A DNA stretch of 63,251 nucleotides, counting the filler, from Reclinomonas americana ATCC 50394 (taxonomy: Eukaryota): the NCBI GenBank assembly GCA_048213135.1. It is 7 parts of 2 records of this genome, joined end to end, with 100 filler letters (N's around TTAATTAATTAA, not from the genome) between each part and the next. Parts side by side here need not be neighbours in the genome. Positions count along the whole stretch, not along the records: positions 1 to 21,615 come from PS015085.1; 6 more parts are not named here. One strand, given 5' to 3'. The position numbers and the translations under genes are program-made. Each line of letters opens with the position of its first letter. Positions within the stretch are counted from its first letter, which is position 1. Below the pieces are notes generated by a model that did no database searches, was not told the origin of the DNA, and saw only the letters and a list, made by a program, of their open reading frames with translations. Positions 1 to 9,155 of this stretch are shown in pieces.

Positions 1-83
1 CCTCCCTCCCCTTCCCTCCCCCTCCCTCCCTCCCTCTCTCCCTTTCCCTCCCCTCGCCCTTCCCCTCCCTCACCTTTCCCCAC

Positions 84-335
84 CGCCTTCATCTCCGGAT
101 GCACCAAGCGATCCTTCAAGCGATTCCACACATACAACTTGCGCCGGTGATGCTCCTTCAACAAGTGCCGCGACTGCGCCGCCGTCAGCTTGATGCCCGC
201 CGCCGACGACGAACACGCCTCCTTGACACACTCATCCAGTGCCTCCTCTGCTCGATCCAGCCACAACTGAGGAACAACAAGAGCACTACTGCTACTGGTG
301 GTGGTGGTGGTCGAGGTCGAGGTCGATCCGCTCAT
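84..335 (-). CDS. Hypothetical protein, first exon (gene continues off the left edge)
   Basis: ATG at 335 opens MSGSTSTSTTTTTSSSSALVVPQLWLDRAEEALDECVKEA...HPEMKA, ending at a GT donor (83) followed by a purine-rich intron on the minus strand. No family recognised. Confidence 0.55.
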
Positions 336-728
336 CGCTCTGTTGGTGTGTTGTGTGTGAAAAAAAAAGAAGATGATGGGAAATTTTGTAACGGTCAAAT
401 TTCAATATCCAGATGTTGCATTCACCAACCAAACAAGCAACAGCTAAGTCGAACCATATCCAAAACATCGGCACAAACACCATAGTCTTGACGGCAGCAA
501 CAGGTTTTCTAGTGTATGATCGCAGTTCTCGACTTGTTCGGAGCTCCGAATTCGAACGTGGCGATCAACACCAACACCAGGGCCTGCCTCGTGCGAGGTG
601 GCAAGATCTCAGCGTACACAAGTAGAACTGCCATCACTTTCCTCTCTCTCAGTGCCTCGTTTGCCGGGAGACCAGAATGTCACGGTGCCACTCGCAGGCG
701 ATGCTGGCCGTGTAATGTCCTCTGCAAT

Positions 729-1799
729 TCACCAGCGAGAGCCTAGATCAGCAAAGCTTCGATGCAGCACGACCTCGGCTTCCTCGACGATGAAGCACCG
801 CATCACCATCTCCGGCAGACACCGCGAATCGGCATCCTCACTCTGCATCTCCTGCACGACATGCATCGCCAACCTCGCCACATCGAGCTCCCTTCGAGCA
901 AGTCCGCGTGGCGTGGACCACACTCGCACCGTCTCATCGTGACTGCCGCTCACAATATGCTCGCCGTCGGCAGTGATGGCGACGGATGCGACTGCGTCAA
1001 CGTGTCCCTCCAGCCGTCGCACCTCCTTGCCGCTCTCCAGTGACCACACTCGTACATAATTGTCTTCACTTCCGCAAATGACGTGCATTCCGTCGCGGGT
1101 GACAGCGACAGACTGCACAGCGCTAGCGTGGCTGCTGAATTGTCGCACTCGTCTCCCGCTCGCCACAGACCGCACCAACACGGCGTTGCCACTCGCGCTG
1201 ACAATCAGCTCACCATTGGGAGTAAAGGCGATAGACGGCACAGGTGTGTGTCCATGCAACTGTCGCAACTCTTCTCCAGTCGCCAGAGACCACACTCGCA
1301 CGGTCATGTCCCAGCCGCCACTCACAACGTGCTGCCCATCGGGAGCGACGGCAACACACAACACACCATCTGTGTGTCCCTCTAACCGATGCACTTCCTT
1401 TCCGCTCGCCAGTGACCACACTCGCACAGTCTTGTCAGCACTCCCGCTCACCACATGCTGACCGTCGGGTGTGATGGCGACACTCCACACCCAGTAAGTG
1501 TGCCCCTCCAATCGTCTCACCTCCTCTCCCCGCACCAGTGACCACACTCGAACTGTATGGTCAGCACTCCCGCTCACCACGTGCTGACCATCAGGCGTGA
1601 CGGCGACACACCACACCCATCCGGCGTTGGCCCGCAAACATCGCACCTCCACTCCAGTCGCCAACGACCACACGCGGATTGTCTCGTCGTAGGCACCACT
1701 CACTATGAACTGACCATCGGGAGTGACGGCGACGGCCATCACCTGGTTGGTGTGCCCACGCAGACATTTGGAAGGGAGAGTGGCGGTGGGGAGTGACAT
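729..1799 (-). CDS. Intronless WD40-repeat protein (7 repeats) with conserved ~60-aa C-terminal tail, tandem copy 1
   Basis: 356-aa ORF; repeats of GHxxxVxxVAVTPDGQHVVSGSxDxTVRVWSLASGEEVRRLE; tail ...DSRCLPEMVMRCFIVEEAEVVLHRSFADLGSRW. Confidence 0.93.
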   Translation of the reverse strand: MSLPTATLPSKCLRGHTNQVMAVAVTPDGQFIVSGAYDETIRVWSLATGVEVRCLRANAGWVWCVAVTPDGQHVVSGSADHTVRVWSLVRGEEVRRLEGHTYWVWSVAITPDGQHVVSGSADKTVRVWSLASGKEVHRLEGHTDGVLCVAVAPDGQHVVSGGWDMTVRVWSLATGEELRQLHGHTPVPSIAFTPNGELIVSASGNAVLVRSVASGRRVRQFSSHASAVQSVAVTRDGMHVICGSEDNYVRVWSLESGKEVRRLEGHVDAVASVAITADGEHIVSGSHDETVRVWSTPRGLARRELDVARLAMHVVQEMQSEDADSRCLPEMVMRCFIVEEAEVVLHRSFADLGSRW

Positions 1800-1959
1800 G
1801 TGCTTGTGCGTGCAAAGGTGGATGGATAGGAGTCTTCGTCCTAGTCCTTTCGCGGTTCATCGACCTTCGGCAAACTTCTGCGGTGATTTCATTATAGCTT
1901 CATGTACGTCGCACAAGGGAGGAATACCACCACTCACAACAATCATCGGATTTCCAGAG

Positions 1960-3030
1960 TCACCAGCAAGAGCCGGGATCAGCAAAGCACCGACGCATTA
2001 TGACCTCGGCTTCCTCGACGATGAAGCACCGCAGCACCATCTCCGGCAGGCACCGCGAGTCGGCATCCTCATCCTGCATCTCCTGCACGGCATGCATCGC
2101 CAGCCTCGCAAGGTCAACTTCTTGTCGCGCCAGACCACGCGGCGTGGACCACACTCGCACCGTCTTGTCGTGACTGCCGCTGACGATGTGCTCGCCGTCG
2201 GGAGAAACGACGACGGACTTTACCACACTAGTGTGCCCCTCCAACCGTCTCGAATCCTTGTCGCTCGCAAGTGGCCACACTCGCACAGCATTGTCTTCAC
2301 TTCCGCGAATGATGTGCATGCCGTCGCGGGTGAGAGCGACAGACTGCACTAGCGCAGCGTGGCTACTGAATTGTCGCACTCGTCTCCCGCTCGCCACAGT
2401 TCGCACCAGCACAGTTTTGCCACTCGCGATGACAATGTGTTCACCATTGGGAGTAAAGGTGACAGGTGGCACGGGTATGTGTCCATGCAACTGATGCACT
2501 TCTTCTCCAGTCGCCAGCGACCACATGCATATTGCAGTGTCCCAGCTGCCACTCACAACGTGCTGCCCATCGGGTGTGACAACAACAAACACCACACCAT
2601 CTGCGTGTCCCTCCATCCGTCGCACTTCCTCTCCACTCGCCAGTGACCACATGCGCACAGTCTTGTCATAACTCCCACTGACGATGTGTCGGCCATCGGG
2701 AGAGACGGCAACGCATTCCACTCTCCCACCATGCCCCTCCAACCGTCTCACTTCCTCTCCCGTCGCCAGCGACCACACTCGCAGCAACCGATCACTGCCT
2801 CCACTCACCACGTGCTGACCATCGGGCGTCACGGCGACACAATGCACCCAGGGGGAGTTGCCCCGCAAACATCGCACCTCCACTCCAGTCGCCAACGACC
2901 ACACGCGGATTGTCTCGTCGTAGGCCCCACTCACGATGAACTTGCCATCGGGAGTGACGGCGACGGACACCACGTTGTCTGTGTGCCCACGCAGACACTT
3001 GGAAGGGAGGGTGGCGGTGGGGAGTGACAT
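1960..3030 (-). CDS. Intronless WD40-repeat protein with conserved tail, tandem copy 2
   Basis: ATG at 3030 gives MSLPTATLPSKCLRGHT, identical to the copy 1 start; 7 WD repeats; same tail. Confidence 0.93.
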   Translation of the reverse strand: MSLPTATLPSKCLRGHTDNVVSVAVTPDGKFIVSGAYDETIRVWSLATGVEVRCLRGNSPWVHCVAVTPDGQHVVSGGSDRLLRVWSLATGEEVRRLEGHGGRVECVAVSPDGRHIVSGSYDKTVRMWSLASGEEVRRMEGHADGVVFVVVTPDGQHVVSGSWDTAICMWSLATGEEVHQLHGHIPVPPVTFTPNGEHIVIASGKTVLVRTVASGRRVRQFSSHAALVQSVALTRDGMHIIRGSEDNAVRVWPLASDKDSRRLEGHTSVVKSVVVSPDGEHIVSGSHDKTVRVWSTPRGLARQEVDLARLAMHAVQEMQDEDADSRCLPEMVLRCFIVEEAEVIMRRCFADPGSCW

Positions 3031-3178
3031 GTGCGTGTGAGAGAATGACAAGGAATGTGTGATTTGTTGTCCTAGCAAAGTCCTTCGACGCAACAGTGTT
3101 ACTCACGGGGTGAGCCATGCGAGGGATACTTTTCATTAGCTTCATGTACGTCGCACCAACAACAAACAATTTCCATAG

Positions 3179-4261
3179 TCACCAGCGAGAGTCTGGATCG
3201 GCAACGCACCGGTGCAGGACGACTGCAGCCTCCTCGACGATGAAGCAGCGCAGCACCATCTCCGGCAGACACCGCGAATCCGCATCCTCACTCTGCATGT
3301 CTTTAATGGCCCGCATTGCCAGCCTCGCCACATCAAGCTCCCGTCGCGCGCGTCCACGCGGCGTCGTCCACAGCCGAATCGCTGTGTCGTGGCTGCCGCT
3401 CACCATGTGCTCGCCGTACGGACTGACGGCGACGGAAAACACCCAGCCAGTGTGTCCCTCCAGCACTTTCAACTCCTCGCCACTCGCTAGCGACCACACC
3501 CGCACAGCGTCGTCGTACCCGCCACTCACAATGTGTTGGCCGTCGGGCGAGACGGCGACAGACAGCACCCCTTTCTCGTGACCCTCACACCGGTACACCT
3601 CGCCTCCAACTGCCAGAGACCACACTCGCAGCGACCAGTCGTTACTCCCGCTCACCACAAACTGACTGTCGGGAGTGACGGCGACCGATGTTATAACACG
3701 TAAGTGGCCCTTTAGCCTTTGCACCTCCTCGCCACTCGCCAGTGACCACACTCGAAGCGTCTTGTCCAGACTCCCACTCACCGCACGCTGACCGTCGGGC
3801 GTGACGGCGACACAACGCACCGCTTCCGTGTGACCTTGCAACCGCTTCACCTCCTCCCCACTCGCCAACGACCACATGCGCACCGACTTGTCAGCACTCC
3901 CACTCACGACATGCTGCCCGTCGGGGGTAATGGCGACACACCACACCCAGTCGGTGTGCCCCTCCAGTCGGCGCACCTCCTCGCCCGTCGCCAGTGACCA
4001 CACTCGCACAGTCTTGTCATGACTGCCACTCACAACGTGCTGTCCATCGGGAGTGACAGCGACAGAGTACACCCCCCACGTGTGCCCCATCAATCGACGC
4101 ACCTCATGCCCACTGGCCAGCGACCACACTCGCACAGTCATGTCATCCGCACCGCCTCCGCTCACCACGTGCTGGCCATCGGGAGAGATGGCGACGGAGA
4201 GCACAACATCCGTGTGTCCGCGCAGGCACTCAGAGGAGGAAAGAATGGTGGAGAGAGACAT
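3179..4261 (-). CDS. Intronless WD40-repeat protein with conserved tail, tandem copy 3
   Basis: ATG at 4261 (MSLSTILSSSECLRGH) chosen by homology to paralogue starts; 7 WD repeats; tail RCLPEMVLRCFIVEEA. Confidence 0.92.
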   Translation of the reverse strand: MSLSTILSSSECLRGHTDVVLSVAISPDGQHVVSGGGADDMTVRVWSLASGHEVRRLMGHTWGVYSVAVTPDGQHVVSGSHDKTVRVWSLATGEEVRRLEGHTDWVWCVAITPDGQHVVSGSADKSVRMWSLASGEEVKRLQGHTEAVRCVAVTPDGQRAVSGSLDKTLRVWSLASGEEVQRLKGHLRVITSVAVTPDSQFVVSGSNDWSLRVWSLAVGGEVYRCEGHEKGVLSVAVSPDGQHIVSGGYDDAVRVWSLASGEELKVLEGHTGWVFSVAVSPYGEHMVSGSHDTAIRLWTTPRGRARRELDVARLAMRAIKDMQSEDADSRCLPEMVLRCFIVEEAAVVLHRCVADPDSRW

Positions 4262-4460
4262 GAGTGCGTGTGATCGTGGCTCGGTAAGGCAATGCAACGG
4301 GGTATTCGGTGTCCTCGCAATGTCCTTCGAAGCGCGCGACGGCTTTGCAGGCATGTAAGGAGCGAGTCTCGAGCCATATGAAGGATACATTCATTAACTA
4401 CCTACACGTCACCCAAGGGAAGGAGAAAAACACACAACAATAAATGGCGGATTTCCCGAA

Positions 4461-5543
4461 TCACCAGCGAGAGCCAGGATCAACAAAGCAGCTATGCAAC
4501 ACAACCTCGGCCTCCTCGACAATGAAGCAGCGCAGCACCATCTCCGGCAGACATCGTGAATCGGTATCCTCGCTCTGCATCTCCTGCACGGCCTGCATCG
4601 CCAGCCTCGCACAGGCGAGCTCCTGGCGAGCGAAACTACGTGGCGTGGACCACACTCGCACGGTCACGTCGTTGCTCCCGCTCACCACCTCCGAGTCATC
4701 GGGAGTGACAGCGACACACCACACCGGGCCAGTGTGTCCCCTCCACTGTTTCACCTCTTTGCCGCTCTCCAACGACCATACCCGCACAGTCTCGTCCAGA
4801 CTGCCGCTCACGATGTGCAGGCCATCGTGAGTGACAGCGATACACTGCACCACATCAGTGCGTCCCTCCAGTCGTTGCAGTTCCTCCCCGCTCGCCAGCG
4901 ACCACACTCGCACAGTGCTGTCCTCACTCCCACTCACAATACGCTGGTCATCGGGCGTGACCGCGACGCAATTCACCCACCCCACGTGACCGTCCAGCCG
5001 TCGCACTTGCTCCCCACTCGCCAGTGACCACACGCGCACGGTCCAGTCAACGCTGCCACTCACCGCATGCTGACCATCGCCAGTGACAACGACAGATGAC
5101 ACTCTTTTCGTGTGTCCCTCCAACCGTCGCACCTCCTCGCCACTTGCCAGCGACCACACTCGCACGGTCCTGTCTAGATTTCCACTCACCACATGCTGAC
5201 CATCGGGTGTGATGGCAACGCATTCCACCTTGCCAGCGTGTCCCTCCAACCTTCGCATCTCTTCCCCACTCGCCAGTGACCACACGCGCACACTGCTATC
5301 TGCATTCCCGCTCACAATGTACTGACCGTCGGGAGTGATGGCGACAGAGGTCACAAACAGTGCAAGTACCTCCACTCGTCGCACCTCTTCACCACTTGCC
5401 AGTGACCACACGCGCATCGTGTCGTCAAAACTCCCACTCACAATGGAGAGACCGTCTGGAGTGACGGCGACAGCGTACACTGCTCCAATGTGGCCCTGCA
5501 GGCACTTGGAAGACGAGGAATGGACTGCGGCGGAGAGCGACAT
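4461..5543 (-). CDS. Intronless WD40-repeat protein with conserved tail, tandem copy 4
   Basis: ATG at 5543 (MSLSAAVHSSSSKCLQGH); 7 WD repeats; same tail. Confidence 0.92.
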   Translation of the reverse strand: MSLSAAVHSSSSKCLQGHIGAVYAVAVTPDGLSIVSGSFDDTMRVWSLASGEEVRRVEVLALFVTSVAITPDGQYIVSGNADSSVRVWSLASGEEMRRLEGHAGKVECVAITPDGQHVVSGNLDRTVRVWSLASGEEVRRLEGHTKRVSSVVVTGDGQHAVSGSVDWTVRVWSLASGEQVRRLDGHVGWVNCVAVTPDDQRIVSGSEDSTVRVWSLASGEELQRLEGRTDVVQCIAVTHDGLHIVSGSLDETVRVWSLESGKEVKQWRGHTGPVWCVAVTPDDSEVVSGSNDVTVRVWSTPRSFARQELACARLAMQAVQEMQSEDTDSRCLPEMVLRCFIVEEAEVVLHSCFVDPGSRW

Positions 5544-5681
5544 GCGCGCGTGCGAGTGAAAGATACAGTAAGAGAGCGAGAGTGTGTCCCCACGATGTCC
5601 TTCGACGCGAGACCTTGATCTTTCATTAGCTTCGCGTAGGTACAATCGCACAAGGGAGAAAAACAACTCGGCTTTCCCGAA

Positions 5682-6761
5682 TCACCAATGCAAACTTGGA
5701 TCAACAAAGCATCGACGTAGCACGATCTCGGCCTCCTCGACAATGAAGCAGCGCAGCACCATCTCCGGCAGACATCGTGAATCGGCATCCTCACTCTGCA
5801 TCTCCTGTGCGGCCTGCACCGCCAGCCTCGCACACTCAAGCTCCTGGCGAGCAAGGCCGTGCGGCGTGGACCACACGCGCACCGTCATGTCTTCGCAGCC
5901 GCTCACAATGTGCTCGATGTCAGGAGCAATGGCAACAGAGCACACCTTGTCGTCGTGCTCCTCCAGCCGTCGCACCTCCTTGCCTCTCGCCAGTGACCAC
6001 ACGCGCACCGTACCATCATCGCCCCCGCTCACTACGTGCTGCCCGTCGGGAGTGACGGCAACACAACGCACGTCAGCAGTGTGCCCTTCGAATCGACGCA
6101 GCTGCTCGCCACTCGCCAGCGACCACACTCGCACAGTGCAGTCTTCACTTCCGCTCACAATGTGCTGACCACTGGGAGCGATGGCAACACTCCACACCCA
6201 GTAAGCGTGCCCCTCCAGTCGTCGCACTTGCTCGCCACTCGTCAGCGACCACACTCGCACATACTCATCCTCACCTCCACTCACCACATGCCGACCGTCC
6301 GGCGCAACAGCAACACAATACACCCTTCCAGCGTGCCCTTCCAACCGTCGCACCTCCTCCCCACTCGCCAGCGACCACACGCGCACACTCTTGTCATGAC
6401 TGCCACTCACCGCGTGTTGACAATCAGGGGCGACGGCCACGCATTCCACCCACCCCGTGTGCCCATACAACCGCCGCACCTCCTCGCCACTCGCCAGCGA
6501 CCACACTCGCACAGTCTCATCGCGACTGCCACTCACAACGAACTGACCGTCGGGTGTGACGGCCACAGATTGCACCGCGGACGCGTGGCCTTCCAATCGC
6601 CGCATCTCTTCTCCACTTGCCAGCGACCACACGCGCACAGTTTTATCGGAGCTGCCACTCACAATGAAGCGCGCATCGGGAGTGACGGCGACAGACAGCA
6701 CAAAGTGAACGTGACCGGGCAGACAACGGGAAGAGGAAGCAAGAACGCTGGCAATTGACAT
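5682..6761 (-). CDS. Intronless WD40-repeat protein with conserved tail, tandem copy 5
   Basis: ATG at 6761 (MSIASVLASSSRCLPGH); 7 WD repeats; same tail. Confidence 0.92.
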   Translation of the reverse strand: MSIASVLASSSRCLPGHVHFVLSVAVTPDARFIVSGSSDKTVRVWSLASGEEMRRLEGHASAVQSVAVTPDGQFVVSGSRDETVRVWSLASGEEVRRLYGHTGWVECVAVAPDCQHAVSGSHDKSVRVWSLASGEEVRRLEGHAGRVYCVAVAPDGRHVVSGGEDEYVRVWSLTSGEQVRRLEGHAYWVWSVAIAPSGQHIVSGSEDCTVRVWSLASGEQLRRFEGHTADVRCVAVTPDGQHVVSGGDDGTVRVWSLARGKEVRRLEEHDDKVCSVAIAPDIEHIVSGCEDMTVRVWSTPHGLARQELECARLAVQAAQEMQSEDADSRCLPEMVLRCFIVEEAEIVLRRCFVDPSLHW

Positions 6762-6990
6762 AAAATGCAGGTTACCGTGAGGCAATGTGGAATTTCTCCG
6801 AAACCAGTAACCCTTTCCAAAACACGCAGCGCTGTCGATGTATCTGTCGTCTCCATTGCCGTTCTTGCCTGTTTCCACGTCAGTAACCGCACGGCCGCAG
6901 ACAGGCTTCATGCGTTTTTTCGTGTGTGAGAAGTACGTATATGAGTCATCTGTCCCGCTTTGTCCCGAGATTCGCCGATTCTTTCGCGCA

Positions 6991-7575
6991 ATGGTTCTCC
7001 TGCTTCGGTACGCTCTTCCTTCAGCGTTTCATGTTGCACACAAGATCGCAGAGCACAAAAGCACACAGAGCTGTTTTTGCGTTTGTGTGTGTCGGCCATG
7101 ACTGAAAATGTCGCACTCACTCTCTCGCTCACTCACTCTCTCTTCTTTGTTGTTTGTGTTTTGTGTGCATGTGTGTAGAGGAGCGGTGTCGCGTGTGGGT
7201 GGTGCGTTCGCGTCTGTGCGACGAGGCCTTTGTGTGGCGAGTGTGAGTGGGGGTGATCAGACGGTGGTCATGCCGCGTCACAAGGGACTGCAGTTTGATG
7301 AGCCGCTCATCTTTGAGCAAGGTGAGTGTATCAGTGTGTGGAAGAGAGAGAGAGTGAGAGTGTGTGTGAGAGAGAGAGAGAAGGGGGGAGAGTCGGAGAT
7401 TCGGAGCTTGCATGGAGCAGTTGCATGCTTGCTTGTTGTTGTGCGCGCGTCTCTCTTTCGTTGTGTGTGTTTTGTTTGTGTGTATCAGTGCATGTGTGTG
7501 TGTGTGTGCGGTGAGGAGTGTTCTTCCGAGATCTTCTCACGCTTTCGTGTTCGGATTTTTGTGAAGTGTGATTGC

Positions 7576-7612
<37 letters not shown>

Positions 7613-8614
7613 GAGANNNNNNNNNNNNNNNNNNNNNNNNNNNNNNNNNNNNNNNNNNNNNNNNNNNNNNNNNNNNNNNNNNNNNNNNNNNNNNNNNNNN
7701 NNNNNNNNNNNNNNNNNNNNNNNNNNNNNNNNNNNNNNNNNNNNNNNNNNNNNNNNNNNNNNNNNNNNNNNNNNNNNNNNNNNNNNNNNNNNNNNNNNNN
7801 NNNNNNNNNNNNNNNNNNNNNNNNNNNNNNNNNNNNNNNNNNNNNNNNNNNNNNNNNNNNNNNNNNNNNNNNNNNNNNNNNNNNNNNNNNNNNNNNNNNN
7901 NNNNNNNNNNNNNNNNNNNNNNNNNNNNNNNNNNNNNNNNNNNNNNNNNNNNNNNNNNNNNNNNNNNNNNNNNNNNNNNNNNNNNNNNNNNNNNNNNNNN
8001 NNNNNNNNNNNNNNNNNNNNNNNNNNNNNNNNNNNNNNNNNNNNNNNNNNNNNNNNNNNNNNNNNNNNNNNNNNNNNNNNNNNNNNNNNNNNNNNNNNNN
8101 NNNNNNNNNNNNNNNNNNNNNNNNNNNNNNNNNNNNNNNNNNNNNNNNNNNNNNNNNNNNNNNNNNNNNNNNNNNNNNNNNNNNNNNNNNNNNNNNNNNN
8201 NNNNNNNNNNNNNNNNNNNNNNNNNNNNNNNNNNNNNNNNNNNNNNNNNNNNNNNNNNNNNNNNNNNNNNNNNNNNNNNNNNNNNNNNNNNNNNNNNNNN
8301 NNNNNNNNNNNNNNNNNNNNNNNNNNNNNNNNNNNNNNNNNNNNNNNNNNNNNNNNNNNNNNNNNNNNNNNNNNNNNNNNNNNNNNNNNNNNNNNNNNNN
8401 NNNNNNNNNNNNNNNNNNNNNNNNNNNNNNNNNNNNNNNNNNNNNNNNNNNNNNNNNNNNNNNNNNNNNNNNNNNNNNNNNNNNNNNNNNNNNNNNNNNN
8501 NNNNNNNNNNNNNNNNNNTGTGTGTGTGTGTGTGTCGGTGTACGGTAGTGTTCGTTCGTACGTAGTCGTTCGTCGTACGTCGTTCGTTGTTACGTAGTTT
8601 AGTAGTAGTAGTAG

Positions 8615-8660
<46 letters not shown>

Positions 8661-9123
8661 ATGCAGGAGACAGAGGCAGAGTGAGTCAGAAAGAAAGAGA
8701 GAGGCAAGTGTGCGTATCTGTGAGTGAGTGCGAGAGAGAAGTTGAGAGAGTGAGTCAGAAAATGAAGAGAGAATGCGGGAGACAGGATGCAGAGTGAGTC
8801 AGAGAAAGAAAGAGAGAGAGAGAGAGATGTTTGCATTGTTTGCCTCTCCCTTCTCCTTCATTTCCCTTCTCGCTCACCCTCGCTTCTCCCCACAGACTCG
8901 CCCGGTGTTGGTGGTGTCGACCTGCCGGCTTTTGAGGCGCCGAAGGGCGGACCACGACTTGGCGAGGCAGCGCGGAGTGACTCCAAGAAGATTGGACTGC
9001 CGTCGCTGGCCGAGAGCAGTGTGATGCGGTTGCGTCTTGCAAAAGAGAGAGGGAGGGAGGGAGAGAGGGGGGGCGAGAGAGATGGGAGAGAGAGGGAAAG
9101 AGGAGAGGGTGAGAAGAGAGAAA

Positions 9124-9155
<32 letters not shown>

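Larger units (their letters stand above)
729..6761 (-). repeat. Tandem gene array, ~1.2-kb unit x5
   Basis: Stop codons at 729, 1960, 3179, 4461 and 5682 (spacing 1231, 1219, 1282, 1221 nt). Spacers share TCCTTCG..GC and TTCATTA..(GCTTC) blocks; internal 126-nt WD repeat periodicity. Confidence 0.95.

Noticed and set aside
762-6758. Many plus-strand ORFs over the WD40 array (e.g. 1723-2352, 6036-6758)
   Set aside because: Antisense shadows of GC-rich repetitive coding sequence, with no recognisable domains.
729-6761. 126-nt periodic repeats as a CRISPR array or diversity-generating retroelement
   Set aside because: The repeats are in-frame WD40 coding units without a repeat-spacer structure. 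No cas or reverse transcriptase gene is seen and variation is not adenine-specific.
3031-6911. Longer N-termini given by the ORF track for WD40 copies 2-5
   Set aside because: The extensions are non-homologous and run through spacer motifs; the aligned MSL/MSI starts are preferred.
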